Assembly (NCBI GenBank): GCA_948443805.1 | Contig: CAOJUB010000005.1 | Location: forward strand, 8,393 to 72,392 | Direction: 5' to 3' | Length of the DNA: 64,000 nucleotides | Origin: an uncultured Clostridia bacterium | GTDB lineage: Bacteria > Bacillota > Clostridia > Oscillospirales > UBA644 | Shown: one piece after another, positions 62,889 through 64,000 of the stretch | Layout of the letters: the number at the start of each line of letters is the position of its first letter | How positions within the stretch are numbered: position 1 is the first letter of the stretch | Notes under the pieces: model-generated | What the model was told of the DNA's origin: nothing | Databases searched by the model: none | Seen by the model: the letters and a program-made list of their open reading frames with translations, nothing else | Program-made: the position numbers and the translations under genes

Positions 62889-64000
62889 ATGAAAAAAATC
62901 TTTTCCGCGGCGGCTTCTTTGCTGCTGGCGGCAAGCCTTTCTTTCTCCCTTGCTGCCGTTCCGGAAAACAGAATGGAAACGCCTTCCGCTGCAGGAACCA
63001 ACATGCCGGAGGCCGATTACCATATCCTGAAAACTTCTTCCGCGCCGGTGATTGACGGAAGTTTTGACGGAGAGAGCGCGTGGGGCGCGCCGATCATCGA
63101 TGTAACCGGTGAGGACGCCTACTGGTATACCGTGGAGCAGGAGAAATTTCAGGCGAAATATCCCAGCTGGGCGAAAACCGGCAGCAATTTATGGGAAAAA
63201 AAAGACGGCTCTGTAGAGTTTATGAAAAAGATCCGCGTGCGGCTGTATTCCCGCTGGGATGATACGAAGTTATATTTTGCGTTTGTTGTGGAGGGCAATA
63301 TACAGAAAGGGGAAGACGGATCGACCTTTTTTTATGATAACCGCGACGCGATGTGGTTTGCCAACAATGTGGAGATTACATTGGGACCGGAAAATCCGGA
63401 GTTGAATTTCTCACAGAATGCTTCTGACGCGGATTTCGACGGCGTTTATCAGAGCGGTTATGTTGGGAACGAATATCTTTTTGCAATCACCGACTCGTCT
63501 GCGGGCGAATCGGTCGGCGTAGTCAATCAGGGGCAGTATGATGGGCGCGGTATTCCCGGAGGTAAAATCCGTTGTATTAAAGGTACGCAGATTGCGGCGA
63601 AGAATGACGCTTCTGTTTCAACCGGTCTTCAGGTTTATGAAATGGCGCTGCCTTTTGAGGCGGTTAACTGTTCGGTAAACCAAGGGCTTCCCGAGGAAAA
63701 GGGCGGAAAGGGCGGAATCCCCTTTACCTGCGCGGTCAACGTACAGTGTAAAGACGCTTACAGCGCTGAGTCTCTGCAGGGTTTCCAGATGGGAAAAGGC
63801 CTGTTTTACCGGGATTTTCCGCAGATATTTAATTCTTTAAAGCTGATTTTGGAAGAGGACATCTGGACCTGTCCCGGTCATACCGGCGGCGAGCATCTGA
63901 AAAATTGTTCGGCGCAGGCAAAATGTTCGCTTTGCGACGAGCGCTACGGCGCTTTCGGTGAGCATCTCTATGACGACCAGACGAAGCGTTGCGTCTATTG
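62889..64000 (+). CDS. Secreted protein with a CBM9/DOMON-like carbohydrate-binding-type domain. The 3' end lies outside the window.
   Basis: This ORF is missing from the ORF track because it is open to the window end. The ATG at 62889 follows AAGAGGTGA. Signal peptide MKKIFSAAASLLLAASLSFSLAA. ..SSAPVIDGSFDGESAWG.., ..LYSRWDDTKLYFAFVV.. resemble CBM9-like modules. A Cys/His-rich stretch begins near the window end. Confidence 0.5.
   Translation, partial: MKKIFSAAASLLLAASLSFSLAAVPENRMETPSAAGTNMPEADYHILKTSSAPVIDGSFDGESAWGAPIIDVTGEDAYWYTVEQEKFQAKYPSWAKTGSNLWEKKDGSVEFMKKIRVRLYSRWDDTKLYFAFVVEGNIQKGEDGSTFFYDNRDAMWFANNVEITLGPENPELNFSQNASDADFDGVYQSGYVGNEYLFAITDSSAGESVGVVNQGQYDGRGIPGGKIRCIKGTQIAAKNDASVSTGLQVYEMALPFEAVNCSVNQGLPEEKGGKGGIPFTCAVNVQCKDAYSAESLQGFQMGKGLFYRDFPQIFNSLKLILEEDIWTCPGHTGGEHLKNCSAQAKCSLCDERYGAFGEHLYDDQTKRCVY

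Noticed and set aside
62666-63055. 129-aa ORF overlapping the start of the CBM9-like gene in another frame.
   Set aside because: It starts at a non-ATG codon with no SD. It overlaps a promoter and a better-supported gene that has a signal peptide and domain motifs.

Overview
This is a chromosomal segment from a spore-forming, dockerin-encoding Clostridia-type Firmicute. That assignment is an inference from gene content: sigK, ypeB, type III glutamine synthetase, dockerin modules and a streptococcal/clostridial fab gene order. Most of the window is densely packed housekeeping DNA. In order it holds: the 3' end of a hybrid histidine kinase; an EF-G paralogue; a nitrogen-assimilation locus (glnN divergent from a five-gene split, archaeal-type glutamate synthase cluster); csoR-copA-trxA; a PD-(D/E)XK-like hypothetical; sigK; four tandem paralogous genes for secreted dockerin-bearing cysteine-peptidase-like proteins; ypeB; a nine-gene purine operon (purE-C-F-M-N, PurO-like cyclohydrolase, AICARFT, purD, purL) behind a ZTP riboswitch; a small AT-rich insert with alpha/beta-hydrolase genes; nagA; adhE with a Rex box; a kinase-like gene; a DUF4190 gene; lgt; a complete acpP-fabK-fabD-fabG-fabF-accB-fabZ-accCDA cluster with a translationally coupled AMP-dependent ligase but no fabH; a PAS/winged-helix regulator; a hotdog thioesterase; an MFS transporter; a fused MacB-type ABC transporter; a DUF1540 Cys-rich protein; a GNAT/YoaP-like protein; a histidine phosphatase; and the 5' part of a secreted CBM9-like protein. 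I saw no rRNA, tRNA, CRISPR array or intact mobile element. The observations most worth a second look are: (1) the four-gene array, which is a complete 2 x 2 mosaic of two head types and two tail types with a breakpoint at a shared Pro-rich linker; (2) a family of related promoter-proximal sequence modules, including a 20-nt AAGAACA..TGTTCTT palindrome, in front of three unrelated genes; (3) an orphan promoter-structured RNA-terminator unit between ypeB and the pur operon; (4) terminator-like hairpins at the 5' ends of both divergent nitrogen-assimilation transcripts; (5) an in-frame copZ-like module with its own Shine-Dalgarno sequence inside copA; (6) a hairpin that sequesters the sigK ribosome-binding site. 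All functional calls rest on motif recognition by eye. No database search or folding calculation was run.
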